From Clostridia bacterium (GTDB lineage: Bacteria; Bacillota; Clostridia; UBA1381; UMGS1253): 64,000 nucleotides of DNA. The notes below the pieces were generated by a model. It had not been told where the DNA came from. It saw nothing but the letters and a program-made list of their open reading frames with translations, and did no database searches. The stretch covers positions 23,865 to 87,864 of the forward strand of contig JAZRUW010000009.1 in assembly GCA_045652745.1 (NCBI GenBank), given 5' to 3'. How positions within the stretch are numbered: the first letter of the stretch is position 1; each line of letters opens with the position of its first letter. Position numbers and translations under genes: made by a program. Positions 9,807-19,003 of the stretch are shown one piece after another.

Positions 9807-10844
9807 TTATGGGTTTAAGTATTCATAGATGACCTGCGATATCTTGCCGAAGGTGTGGCGTACTGGGGCACCGTTAAAATCGGTGACACTGATGCATAAA
9901 ATGTAGTCGCAGTTTGGTGAATACACAATACCGACATCGAGTTCAGCACGGGAGTTTTCGCCTGTCTTGTGCGCGAGCACGGTGCCTTTCGGCAGATAGA
10001 GCGGCAGCTTAAAGCGCCGCGTCTGCTGTTTTAACAAATCAATCATCTGTGCATCGTATTCCGGAGTGATGCATGTACCGTTGTAGAGTTTGTCTAACAC
10101 AAGACCGCAGTCGCGCACCGAAACTCTGTTTTTGCCGGGCGTTACCACAGGGTCATCATAGAGCATATGCTCTTGTTGTGTATCGAGCGCGCCGAGCGCG
10201 TGTGCAAGTTCGGTGACCTTTTTTGCGCCCGCAAAGAAATTGCCGTTGCCGATGGCACTGACTACCAAATTGGAATCCGAATTGGAGCTGACGGTAATCA
10301 TCGCTTCCATACGCGCTTGCAGTGCGTCATCCAATTCCAGATTGCCTTTGTTTAACTCATCGTAGACTGTGAGCATATTAAACAGTTTAATCGTGCTTGC
10401 CGCATGCACCGCGCGGTTGTTGATTTCAATTTGGTGCTCTGTGTTCGGGATTTCAAAATAGAGTGACCAGTTGCCGGGTGCGCCTTTGAGAATTTCGGCA
10501 ATCAAAGGTTCCAGTTCCTGCATATCATAATTGTAGACGGGATTCTCTTCGAGGGAATCTAAATGTGTCTGAGCGGCAAAGACGGTCTTTTCTAAGGCTT
10601 CCGTATCGCGACGCAGGGTTGTTAAAAGCGCTTTTGCCGTTTCTAACTGTTCTACAGCCTCCGGATAGTCCGGCGCGTTGGAATATTCTGTTTTGTTTAT
10701 GCTGTCGCAAAGCGCTTGTATTTTTTCGGCGGTCTGCGTATGTCGTGCACTTTCGCGCTGCAGATAATTTACGGCGAAAACGGCCGTGAGTGTCAAGAGG
10801 ATAGCGAGTACGCCGGCCCCGAGGATTATATAAAGCTTTCTCAT
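9807..10844 (-). CDS. Membrane-anchored serine hydrolase (class A beta-lactamase/PBP-like fold)
   Basis: N-terminal TM and coiled coil. SxxK (ASTIK), SSN and HKTG motifs. Confidence 0.8.
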   Translation of the reverse strand: MRKLYIILGAGVLAILLTLTAVFAVNYLQRESARHTQTAEKIQALCDSINKTEYSNAPDYPEAVEQLETAKALLTTLRRDTEALEKTVFAAQTHLDSLEENPVYNYDMQELEPLIAEILKGAPGNWSLYFEIPNTEHQIEINNRAVHAASTIKLFNMLTVYDELNKGNLELDDALQARMEAMITVSSNSDSNLVVSAIGNGNFFAGAKKVTELAHALGALDTQQEHMLYDDPVVTPGKNRVSVRDCGLVLDKLYNGTCITPEYDAQMIDLLKQQTRRFKLPLYLPKGTVLAHKTGENSRAELDVGIVYSPNCDYILCISVTDFNGAPVRHTFGKISQVIYEYLNP

Positions 10845-10958
10845 AATATCACCTGGATTTACTATAACATATTATGTCGCTTATTGTCAATTTGTGACAT
10901 TGAATTTGCGTGTGGTTTATGGTAAAATAAACAGAGTTACAGATAAAGGAGACAACGC

Positions 10959-12263
10959 ATGTGGTATTATGAAAGTGTGATCTATCAGATTTATCCGTTC
11001 GGATTTTGCGGTGCGCCGCGCGAAAATGACAGACAACTGCAGCCGCGTATTTTGAAGGTGCTGGATTTTACGGAGCATTTAAAGAATTTGGGCATCGGTG
11101 CGGTGTATTTTTGTCCGGTGTTTGAAAGCAGCGCGCACGGGTATGATACGGCGGATTTTACGAAAATGGATGTGCGCCTCGGCACGAATGCGGATTTTAA
11201 AACGGTGTGTGATGCTTTGCACGAAAGCGGCATCCGCGTGATTTTAGACGGTGTGTTTCATCATGTCGGCCGAGACTTTTTTGCCTTTCGTGATGTGCGT
11301 GAAAAGAAAGGGGATTCGCCGTATAAGGATTGGTTTTACATCTCGTTTGACGGCAATTCCTGCTACAATGACGGCTTTTGGTACGAAGGCTGGGAGGGGC
11401 ATTTTGAACTGGTTAAACTGAATTTAGACAACCCGCAGGTCAAAGCGTATTTGTTTGACTGCGTGCGGATGTGGATTCGTGAGTTCGGCATCGACGGCCT
11501 CAGACTCGATGTGGCGTATATGCTCAACCGTCAGTTTATGCGTGAACTGCGCGGTGTGTGCATTAACGAAAAGGAAGACTTTTTCCTCGCAGGCGAGATG
11601 ATTCACGGCAATTACGCCGAAATCGTCAACTGTGAAACCTTGCATAGTGCTACAAATTATGAGTGTTTTAAGGGAATTTATTCGTCGCTCAATTCGATGA
11701 ATATGTTTGAAATCGGGCACTCTCTGCGCAACCGTTTCGGGAGCGAAGACTGGTGCATGTATCGTGGTATGCACCTCATTTCCTTTGTGGATAATCATGA
11801 TGTGACACGCCTTGCTTCCAATCTGACAAATCCAAACCATTTGCCGTTGGCCTACGGTATTTTGATGGGCATGCCCGGCATCCCTTGCATCTACTACGGC
11901 AGTGAATGGGGGATAGAGGGCAGAAAAGAGCACGGCGATGATGCGCTTCGTCCGGCAGTGGATACGCCGCAGAGCAATACGCTTACCTCGTTTATCGCGC
12001 GTGCGGTAAAGGCGCATCGTGAAAGCCGTGCGCTGTGCTACGGCAATTTCAATATTTTGCATATGACAAATAAGCAACTCATCTTTGAGCGATGTGCAGA
12101 CGGCGAGCGCGTGATTGTGATGGTCAATGCGGACGGAGAAGACTACACGGCGCATTATAACGCCAATGCCGGCGCAGGTACGGATTTGCTGACGGGCGAG
12201 ACATTTGATTTCGGCGCCGGCAGTTACTTAGAACCGTACAGTGTAAAATATATCAAAGTATAA
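10959..12263 (+). CDS. GH13 alpha-amylase family (cyclomaltodextrinase/neopullulanase-like)
   Basis: HGYD, LDGVFHH, DGLRLDVA, GEMIHG, FVDNHD and YYGSEWG conserved regions. Confidence 0.88.
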   Translation: MWYYESVIYQIYPFGFCGAPRENDRQLQPRILKVLDFTEHLKNLGIGAVYFCPVFESSAHGYDTADFTKMDVRLGTNADFKTVCDALHESGIRVILDGVFHHVGRDFFAFRDVREKKGDSPYKDWFYISFDGNSCYNDGFWYEGWEGHFELVKLNLDNPQVKAYLFDCVRMWIREFGIDGLRLDVAYMLNRQFMRELRGVCINEKEDFFLAGEMIHGNYAEIVNCETLHSATNYECFKGIYSSLNSMNMFEIGHSLRNRFGSEDWCMYRGMHLISFVDNHDVTRLASNLTNPNHLPLAYGILMGMPGIPCIYYGSEWGIEGRKEHGDDALRPAVDTPQSNTLTSFIARAVKAHRESRALCYGNFNILHMTNKQLIFERCADGERVIVMVNADGEDYTAHYNANAGAGTDLLTGETFDFGAGSYLEPYSVKYIKV

Positions 12264-12266
12264 TAA

Positions 12267-12296
12267 AAAAACCCGAATACGTGTATTCGGGTTTTT
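12267..12296. terminator. Bidirectional intrinsic terminator
   Basis: AAAAACCCGAATAC / GTATTCGGGTTTTT inverted repeat between convergent genes. Confidence 0.75.
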
Positions 12297-12374
12297 GTTG
12301 TTTATTACCGGATGAGATATCCGCTACCCTTTCATTTTGCGATGGCTTCTACCAAGAAGAAGTCTGCGCTTGCG

Positions 12375-14090
12375 TCAAGGTTTGCGACGAACAAAAAGTT
12401 TTACAACGCATAAATTTGCGAGCGTAAATATACCAATAAACGGCACGGAGAATACAAGGCCGCCTAAAGTACGCAAAACCGAGGTGGAAACGTCGGTAAA
12501 TACGTGACAAAAGGTATTCATTACCGAGGCAAACAAAATAGCGCTTCCGGCGCCGAACGCCCAGGTTAAAAGCTTGCTGATATTGCTTTTTCGGTAGTAG
12601 GCAAAAATTGCAACTGCCGGCCAGCCGATTAAAAATTCTTTGGTGCGCGGTCTTGCTGAAGTCAGCTCGCTCATGCGGTTGCGAATGGTGTTTTCAAGTC
12701 CGGAAATCTTGGTGTTGCCACTACGTATAAGATACACGGAAAGTACGACAACAACCGCCGCAATAACAAGAAAGTGCCATGGGCGAAGACTCGATTTAAA
12801 TTGTGCGAACTGTGCTTTGAGCGCCTTGGGAGATAAATCTGCTTTTTCGGTGCGGCAATACATCAGCAAAAGCGCGAACGCAATCGGTGCAAGCAGCGTA
12901 ACAGATACGCCGCGGAAAATATAGATATTTAAGTAAAATTCTGTGCCGGAGAGCATTGCGGATAAGGCCATGCTGCACGCCAGAAGCGAAGCAAGGGACA
13001 GGCCGAGCAATGCGACAGTGTAGGCAAAAGCGCCAAAGCGTGATTTCAAATATTCGGCGGCACTGTAACATACGCAAAAACTAAAGCAAGCGCCGAGCGG
13101 TGCAAACACAGACGGATACAAAAGCACCAAATTGAGCGGTAATACATAGGTCACTGCAAAGGCAAAAGCACCGGATGCGAACAATATCCATTCTGATTTG
13201 GCATCGCTCTTTTTGCGCAGAATATACAAAATGAAAATGCACATCAGCGCGCCGAGAAACGCACCCGCCGCTTCTACGGTTTTTAAACGGATGTTATAGC
13301 CGGCAAGTGTGCCCGCAAGACCGCGTGTGTAGCCTACGGTTTCTATCCAGTCACAGAACTTGCGGATGGCATTTTGCGTAATTTTTGCGTTTTGCGCCGC
13401 ATCGTCACTCGCATCCGTGAGCTGGTTGATCAACAAAAATTCCGTATTGCGGTCACGCGCCGAATTCATCATATGATAGTAAATTAAATCGGGGTCATAA
13501 CTGCCGGAAGTTAAATATCTTGCCGGTGTCGGATTGGTTTCATAACAGCGCAAAATCTGTCCCTGCGCGGCATTTACAAAGGCATCAAAATCCGGCGGAC
13601 ATTCGTTGGACAGTTGCGTTTTGGTTTCCGCAAGCACCAATGTGAGGTTGTATTTTTCAATCAGCGGTGCGAGGTTTACAGAGTGCGTACGCACATCTTC
13701 CGCCTCTTTGAGCAACAGATATTTTATATCGTAAGCCTGCAACAAGGTATCTAAGCGGCTTTCATAGTCAGCCGGTTTTTCGTTGCCGACATAGACGGCA
13801 ATGGCGCAGTCCAAACCGACGGATTTTGCAATGTAGAGCAGTTTTCCGTCAAAAGTGCCGTCAGCGGCTTCGCGCAGCAGCGCCGTCTGCGTGCCGCTGA
13901 TTTTGTAGTCTAAAAGCGTGCGGCTCAGCGCGTCGGGCGTGATATGCTCTGTTACGGAATCGAGCGCAATCGCGGTCACATACCCGCGGTGTTTTTGTTC
14001 ATAGGAAATTCTGACCGCCAGGGCAGGCAGAAGCATAGTCACTGCAAGCACGAGGGCGGTCAGTAAAAATACAATGTGTCTTTTTTTCAT
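12375..14090 (-). CDS. DUF5693-family multi-pass membrane protein
   Basis: C-terminal RSGN...RPRTKEFLIGWP...NTFCH signature and many TM helices. Confidence 0.7.
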   Translation of the reverse strand: MKKRHIVFLLTALVLAVTMLLPALAVRISYEQKHRGYVTAIALDSVTEHITPDALSRTLLDYKISGTQTALLREAADGTFDGKLLYIAKSVGLDCAIAVYVGNEKPADYESRLDTLLQAYDIKYLLLKEAEDVRTHSVNLAPLIEKYNLTLVLAETKTQLSNECPPDFDAFVNAAQGQILRCYETNPTPARYLTSGSYDPDLIYYHMMNSARDRNTEFLLINQLTDASDDAAQNAKITQNAIRKFCDWIETVGYTRGLAGTLAGYNIRLKTVEAAGAFLGALMCIFILYILRKKSDAKSEWILFASGAFAFAVTYVLPLNLVLLYPSVFAPLGACFSFCVCYSAAEYLKSRFGAFAYTVALLGLSLASLLACSMALSAMLSGTEFYLNIYIFRGVSVTLLAPIAFALLLMYCRTEKADLSPKALKAQFAQFKSSLRPWHFLVIAAVVVVLSVYLIRSGNTKISGLENTIRNRMSELTSARPRTKEFLIGWPAVAIFAYYRKSNISKLLTWAFGAGSAILFASVMNTFCHVFTDVSTSVLRTLGGLVFSVPFIGIFTLANLCVVKLFVRRKP

Positions 14091-15574
14091 CTTTGTTCAT
14101 CCTTGTTTTGAATGATATAGCGTACGGATCCTGTCAGCCACAGCACGGCAATGTAGACAATGCCGCAAGCGCCGAGCGGTAAAATGAAGCCGAACTTACT
14201 GTCGGAAAGCGGCAGCGGAAGCGCGCGGCAAAGCACGCAGGTGCCGACCGCTAAAATACCGGCCAGCACAATCTTTGAAAGATTTGCGGCGAGTACTTTA
14301 TCTGCATAATTGCCGATCGCTTTGCGGATGGCAATTAAAATGCACACGGCATAGAGCGTGAACAAAAAGGTTGTTGCTGCGGCCACGGCAGCCGTGCCGT
14401 AGGGCAGAACCAGTGCATTGAAAAGCGGCTTTGCCAAAACTACCGCCAGAGTTCCTATGACGGTGTAATTGTATTTGGAGGCAAGATACAAAACCTTGTT
14501 TAAGAGTTCCTGACAAACGTAGCCGAACACGCCGAGGGTGTAGATACAAAACAGCGTTGCGGTTGCATCGCTTAATTCCTTTGTAAACTCACCGCGTTCG
14601 TATAAAAGGGAGATAATCTCGCGCCCGAAACAGGTGACTGTTAAAATAAACGGCACGAAAATTGCAAAGAGTACCGTCATGATATACTGCAGAATTTTGC
14701 GCACTTGCGCGATGTTGCCCGCCTCGTAGTGGCGGCAAAGGGATGGATAGGATACATTGCTCATCGCCACAACAAACACGCTTGCAACCGCGATGAAGAG
14801 GTTGGACGCGTAGTTTACGGTGGAAGCTGCACCGATGTCTGCAGAAACGGCGGCCTTGTCCATCATAAATACCAGCTGAAACATCATGCTGGAAATGAAG
14901 ATGTACAAAACCTCACGCTGCTTGTCGCCGCCCGCGGGCTTGAGCGTTCTACCGAACATTCGATAGCCTTTTTTGAGGAAATTCGGCAGTAAAAGCACAA
15001 TGTGCAAAAACCATCCTACCGTAGTTAAAACGCTGACGGTGGTTAAAGAAATATCCTCTACAAACAGCGCCGCAATAATGATTACGTTATACGGCAGACT
15101 CATAATAGAAGTGATGAAAAACACCTTGCAGTTTTGCAGTACGCCCGACATGATGTAGGCCAAAATGACAAACAGACAGCTCGGCAGCATAATGTACATT
15201 GTCTGCACGGCCGTTGTGAAGAGTTCGTCGGACAACCCCGGCAAAAGAAGATGCACAATCGGACCTGCAAAAAGATATAAAAGCGCCGTGGCAAATATGA
15301 CCAAAGCGGTTGTTTTGGTCATAAAATGCGCCACATAGCGCTTTTCGTTTTCTTCGCCGCAGTTTTCAGGCTTGTTTAAATTTTTTATAATTAAAACGGA
15401 AAGGGCAGCGCCGATGCCGGTGAAAATCAGGCTTGCAAGACCGAAGACCTGAAAATAAATGTCCGTATATTCCGATGCGCCGAACACCGATGCAAAGATA
15501 ATATCGCGCACAAAGCCAAGGCATTTTGCTACCAAAATACCGAGCACAACCAAAATGTAGGCACCGCCGTTCAT
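14087..15574 (-). CDS. murJ: MurJ/MviN-family lipid-linked oligosaccharide flippase (copy 1)
   Basis: KCLGFVRDIIFASVFGA, YPSL and LLYERGEFT motifs; 12-14 TM. Confidence 0.8.
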   Translation of the reverse strand: MNGGAYILVVLGILVAKCLGFVRDIIFASVFGASEYTDIYFQVFGLASLIFTGIGAALSVLIIKNLNKPENCGEENEKRYVAHFMTKTTALVIFATALLYLFAGPIVHLLLPGLSDELFTTAVQTMYIMLPSCLFVILAYIMSGVLQNCKVFFITSIMSLPYNVIIIAALFVEDISLTTVSVLTTVGWFLHIVLLLPNFLKKGYRMFGRTLKPAGGDKQREVLYIFISSMMFQLVFMMDKAAVSADIGAASTVNYASNLFIAVASVFVVAMSNVSYPSLCRHYEAGNIAQVRKILQYIMTVLFAIFVPFILTVTCFGREIISLLYERGEFTKELSDATATLFCIYTLGVFGYVCQELLNKVLYLASKYNYTVIGTLAVVLAKPLFNALVLPYGTAAVAAATTFLFTLYAVCILIAIRKAIGNYADKVLAANLSKIVLAGILAVGTCVLCRALPLPLSDSKFGFILPLGACGIVYIAVLWLTGSVRYIIQNKDEQR

Positions 15575-15612
15575 AGGACCGCTTCCTTTCCTTTGTATTA
15601 TCTTATATTATA

Positions 15613-16488
15613 CTATTCTTTTCCGGTTTCGTCAAGCAAGGCTAAGTTGCGTTGCATCGTTTTGTAGCCGCGCCAGTGAAAGGCGCGGTCTTTGTAGTTT
15701 GCGCGAAATTCTTCTTCGCTCAACTGCGGCGGGAGAAATCCGTCTGTTTTTGTGAATTCGGGGATGGTCGTTTGGGGCAGATTTTGATTTTTCGGACAAA
15801 TATTCTGGCAAATATCACACCCCCAGGCCGAGCCGGATTTTGCAATCAGTTCTTCTTCCGTTTCGGTAAGTGCACCTTTCTTCTGTTGCAGATAGGAAAT
15901 GCACTTGTAACCGTCGAGTTTGCCTGTGCCGCAAATCTGCGCAGGACATGCCTTTTCGCAGGCGGTGCAACTGCCGCAGGTATCGGTCAGCGGTGAGTCG
16001 GCTTCAAGTTTTACGTCGGTTACAATACCGCCGATAAAAAAGAAACTGCCGAGTCGCGGATGGATTAACAGACTGTTTTTGCCGAAATAGCCTAGCCCTG
16101 CGCGGTAGGCAAGCGCCTTGTCGCACAAAGGCGAGTTATCGGTAAATATATACCCTTGCACACTTGCATCTGCCGCCTGCAAAGTTGTCAGCAGGCGCTC
16201 TAAATATGATTTGACGACCGTGTGGTAGTCTTTGACCCAGACGTAGCGGGATAAATTCACTTTCTCGGGTGCGGGATTTGCATAGGAAAATGCACAGACA
16301 ATCACGCTTTGGGCATCCGAAAGCATCTGTGTGGGCGCAATGCGGTTTTGCGCATCGCCGACAAAAGGCGTGTTTGTATCCAGCAGGCGTGCAAGCAAGC
16401 TGTCATCGCGCGCGGCAGAGCAAATGCCCGTGTCGCTGATGCCAAGCGCGGCGGCGAGCTGTTTTACTTTTTTATTTGTCAGGCTCAT
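15613..16488 (-). CDS. queG: tRNA epoxyqueuosine reductase
   Basis: SRYVWVKDYH, AGLGYFGKNSLLIHPRLGSFFF, CGSCTACEKACP, CISYL and WGCDICQNICP Fe-S motifs. RBS GAGGTGA; start 16488 or 16494. Confidence 0.88.
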   Translation of the reverse strand: MSLTNKKVKQLAAALGISDTGICSAARDDSLLARLLDTNTPFVGDAQNRIAPTQMLSDAQSVIVCAFSYANPAPEKVNLSRYVWVKDYHTVVKSYLERLLTTLQAADASVQGYIFTDNSPLCDKALAYRAGLGYFGKNSLLIHPRLGSFFFIGGIVTDVKLEADSPLTDTCGSCTACEKACPAQICGTGKLDGYKCISYLQQKKGALTETEEELIAKSGSAWGCDICQNICPKNQNLPQTTIPEFTKTDGFLPPQLSEEEFRANYKDRAFHWRGYKTMQRNLALLDETGKE

Positions 16489-16501
16489 AATCATGCTCAC
16501 C

Positions 16502-17404
16502 TCAAATTTTTTGTTCCAGAATGGCCTTGACGGAATGACCGTATTCGAGCGGTGCCATACCTGTCTGTTTTTTAAACCATCTGGAAAAATAGTGGATGCT
16601 TTCAAAACCGAGCATCGCGGCAATCTGCGTAATGTTAAAATAGTTTTCGCGAATCAGCGATTTGGCGCGCTCGGTCTTCAGCTGCGAAAAATACTGCATT
16701 ACGCTGATACCGGTTTCGCGGCGAAACATTTCTTTGAGTGCCGTCTGGCTCATGGAAACGTGCGCCATAATTTCGTCAAAGGTGACTTTTTTATGCACGT
16801 TTTCTTCCAGATAAGCAATCACGTCCTGCACAGGCTTTGGCTGGCGTTTCAAATTGAGAGAGGCAATCGTTGTCGGCGTGTTGGCATTTAAGGTCGAGCG
16901 CATCAGATAAATTAAAATTTCGGTTAAGTTAATCTGGATGAGCTGTTCTGCACCGAACAACGGCTCTGGCTTGCGTTCGAGTTTTTTGACATACGGGTCA
17001 CCGAGCGGAGAATCGTATACGTTTTTTGCCTCTTCGATAATTTTGGAGAGCAGCAGACGGATGTGGTTCGTGGTGTCGAGCGTACGGTTATAGAAAAAGC
17101 GCATCTCCTTAGAGCGGCAGTCAAATGAGAGAGTAATCACGTTCGTGTTGGCATCGTCCGCGGTGCGGATGGAGTGCCATTGGTTCGGGGAGTGGAAGGT
17201 CATCTGTCCGCGATAGAGCGGGAAGTTGCCGTCACGCGTCATGATTTCCACGCTGCCCTTGTCGACGTAAACCATCTCCCAGAAATCGTGGCTTTCGCCC
17301 TCGAATTCAAAATAACGGGTGTACTCAAAATAGTGCACCGTAATGAGCGCATTGATTTTAAAGTCCTCTTTCAATCTGGTTTTCTGATAATCCACCGTCT
17401 GCAC
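16502..17404 (-). CDS. AraC-family transcriptional regulator (cupin sensor + HTH)
   Basis: ESHDFWEMVYVDKG cupin; ITQIAAMLGFESIHYFSRWFKKQTGMAP HTH. GTG start at 17404 or 17395. Confidence 0.9.
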   Translation of the reverse strand: MQTVDYQKTRLKEDFKINALITVHYFEYTRYFEFEGESHDFWEMVYVDKGSVEIMTRDGNFPLYRGQMTFHSPNQWHSIRTADDANTNVITLSFDCRSKEMRFFYNRTLDTTNHIRLLLSKIIEEAKNVYDSPLGDPYVKKLERKPEPLFGAEQLIQINLTEILIYLMRSTLNANTPTTIASLNLKRQPKPVQDVIAYLEENVHKKVTFDEIMAHVSMSQTALKEMFRRETGISVMQYFSQLKTERAKSLIRENYFNITQIAAMLGFESIHYFSRWFKKQTGMAPLEYGHSVKAILEQKI

Positions 17405-17450
17405 CTGCCTTTTTTTGTTTCTTTCTGCACCTACTTTAACACAGTTTGTC

Positions 17451-17551
17451 TGAAAATGCAAATTATTATAATAAAAGTGCAAGAAAAATGTCGAAAAGTA
17501 CAAATAGCACACCTGAATGTGCAAATACAAAAAACGAAAAAGAAACTATAA
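17451..17551. promoter_or_regulatory. Divergent promoter region with four 21-bp-periodic direct repeats (putative AraC operator array)
   Basis: T(G/A)CAA cores start at 17457, 17478, 17499 and 17520. TATAAT on + at 17546-17551 and on - at 17470-17465. Confidence 0.6.
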
Positions 17552-17610
17552 TTAAAGTGTAATGAACGAAGGGAAGCGTTCGGGACATGGGTAGGAAAAG
17601 AGGGAGAAGT

Positions 17611-18699
17611 ATGAGCGTACTGACCAAGGAAGAATTCACGTGTATCTTGCACGCTTTCGGCTTTGAATCGCAAACCGTGCCGTTTGGTAACGGTCATATT
17701 AACGATACGTTTTTAATTGACGGTACCCCGAAATATATTTTGCAAAAAATCAATAAAGATGTTTTCAAAGACCCTGTTGCACTGATGAACAACGTGGCAT
17801 CGGTGACCGAATATATTATAGAGCAGGCAGCAAAGCTCGGACTCGATACCGAGCGTTGCACCTTGCATATATGCAAAACCGTGGACGGTAAAAATGTTTT
17901 ATGCGCCGCCAACGGCGAGTATTACAGAGCTTACAGATTTGTAGACGGCTGTGACAGCGTAGAAAAATCCGACGATTTGAAGTATTACTACAATTCCGCA
18001 TTGGCCATTGGTAATTTTTACCGTTTGCTGGACGGCTTCGATGCCGCATCGCTTTCGGAAACCATTCCGAAGTTTCACCACACCAGACAGCGCTTTGAAA
18101 ACTTAAAAGCCGCCATCGAGGCTGATAAGGCAGGCAGAGCCGCATCCGTACAGGCGGAAATCGATTTTGCGCTGGCGCGCGAAGCTATGACCGATGCAGT
18201 TTTGAATGCAATACGTGACGGCACAGTGCCGGTGCGCGTGACCCATAACGATACAAAAATGAACAATATCTTATTTGACAGCGAAACGGCCAAGCCGGTA
18301 TGTTTGATTGACCTCGATACCGTTATGCCGGGTTCTTTTCTCTATGACTACGGTGATTTTCTGCGCTTTGCCGCAAATACCGGCGAGGAAGATGATATTG
18401 ATTTGTCGCTTGTCAACTTTGACTTAACTGTTTTCGAGGCATTCACCAAAGGCTGTTTTGATTCGCTCGGTGCAACATTAACCGAAAAGGAAATTGAACT
18501 TATGCCCCTTGCCGTAATGCTTATGACCTATGAGTGCGGCATCCGTTTCCTCGAAGACCACCTAAACGGTGACACCTACTTTAAAGTACACCGTGAAAAC
18601 CACAATCTTGACCGTGCCCGCACCCAATTCAAACTCGTTGCGGACATGGAGCACTTGAATGCCGAAATGGTAGCCATCATCAACAAGTGCAAAAACTAA
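17611..18699 (+). CDS. N-acetylhexosamine 1-kinase-like / aminoglycoside-phosphotransferase family kinase
   Basis: GNGHINDTF, YILQKIN, THNDTKMNN, IDLDTVMPG and DYGDFLR motifs. Confidence 0.8.
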   Translation: MSVLTKEEFTCILHAFGFESQTVPFGNGHINDTFLIDGTPKYILQKINKDVFKDPVALMNNVASVTEYIIEQAAKLGLDTERCTLHICKTVDGKNVLCAANGEYYRAYRFVDGCDSVEKSDDLKYYYNSALAIGNFYRLLDGFDAASLSETIPKFHHTRQRFENLKAAIEADKAGRAASVQAEIDFALAREAMTDAVLNAIRDGTVPVRVTHNDTKMNNILFDSETAKPVCLIDLDTVMPGSFLYDYGDFLRFAANTGEEDDIDLSLVNFDLTVFEAFTKGCFDSLGATLTEKEIELMPLAVMLMTYECGIRFLEDHLNGDTYFKVHRENHNLDRARTQFKLVADMEHLNAEMVAIINKCKN

Positions 18700-18775
18700 G
18701 TTTGTTTCGGGCTTCGGCCCGTTACATAAAAGTCCCTGTCGTCTTCCCTACATACAGGCAGGGCAAACACGCTCA

Positions 18776-18824
18776 TACAAAAGGAGTCTGGGGCGAGAGT
18801 CTCAGACTCCTTTTGTATTTTTTT
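18776..18824 (+). terminator. Intrinsic terminator with a conserved-family 12-nt loop
   Basis: 15-bp perfect stem TACAAAAGGAGTCTG / CAGACTCCTTTTGTA, loop GGGCGAGAGTCT, followed by a T-tract. Confidence 0.8.
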
Positions 18825-18834
18825 TGCGGCGGCT

Positions 18835-18916
18835 AATTTTGTGTAATGCTTTGTTGGCAGGCTGTGGCAATACCTACGTACTATCCCTGCCTTTTCGCCT
18901 CGTTTTGCACAAAATT
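18835..18916. repeat. Imperfect palindromic intergenic element, same family as 52552-52635
   Basis: AATTTTGTGTAATGCTTTGTTG...CGCCTCGTTTTGCACAAAATT; left arm matches 52552-52573 at 19 of 22 positions. Confidence 0.65.
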
Positions 18917-19003
18917 ATCTTTGCGGTTGTTGTGTGCTTGAAAATAGCTGACTTATGTGTTAAAATAAAATGTAAACCGAAATATTTACAGGGGCGGACG
19001 AAA

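Noticed and set aside
9807-10844. Bona fide beta-lactam resistance gene
   Set aside because: The membrane anchor plus stalk and the chromosomal, non-mobile context fit a cell-wall hydrolase better; resistance cannot be supported from sequence.
17489-17495. TGTCGAA as a Spo0A box (also at 30191-30197)
   Set aside because: At 17489 it is explained as the -35 (TCGACA) of the araC promoter; a lone 7-mer at 30191 is expected by chance.
16502-17530. Extended N-termini in the ORF track (araC, queG, cysK, csaB fusion, murJ copy 2, gdhA, folD, pgm)
   Set aside because: The upstream extensions run through promoters or neighbouring genes; RBS positions and motif starts support the shorter starts reported.
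18755-18800. CAGGGCAAAC as a c-di-GMP-I (GEMM) riboswitch
   Set aside because: The downstream GAAA-loop stem and GACGCAAAG elements are missing, and it lies in a 3' UTR before a terminator.
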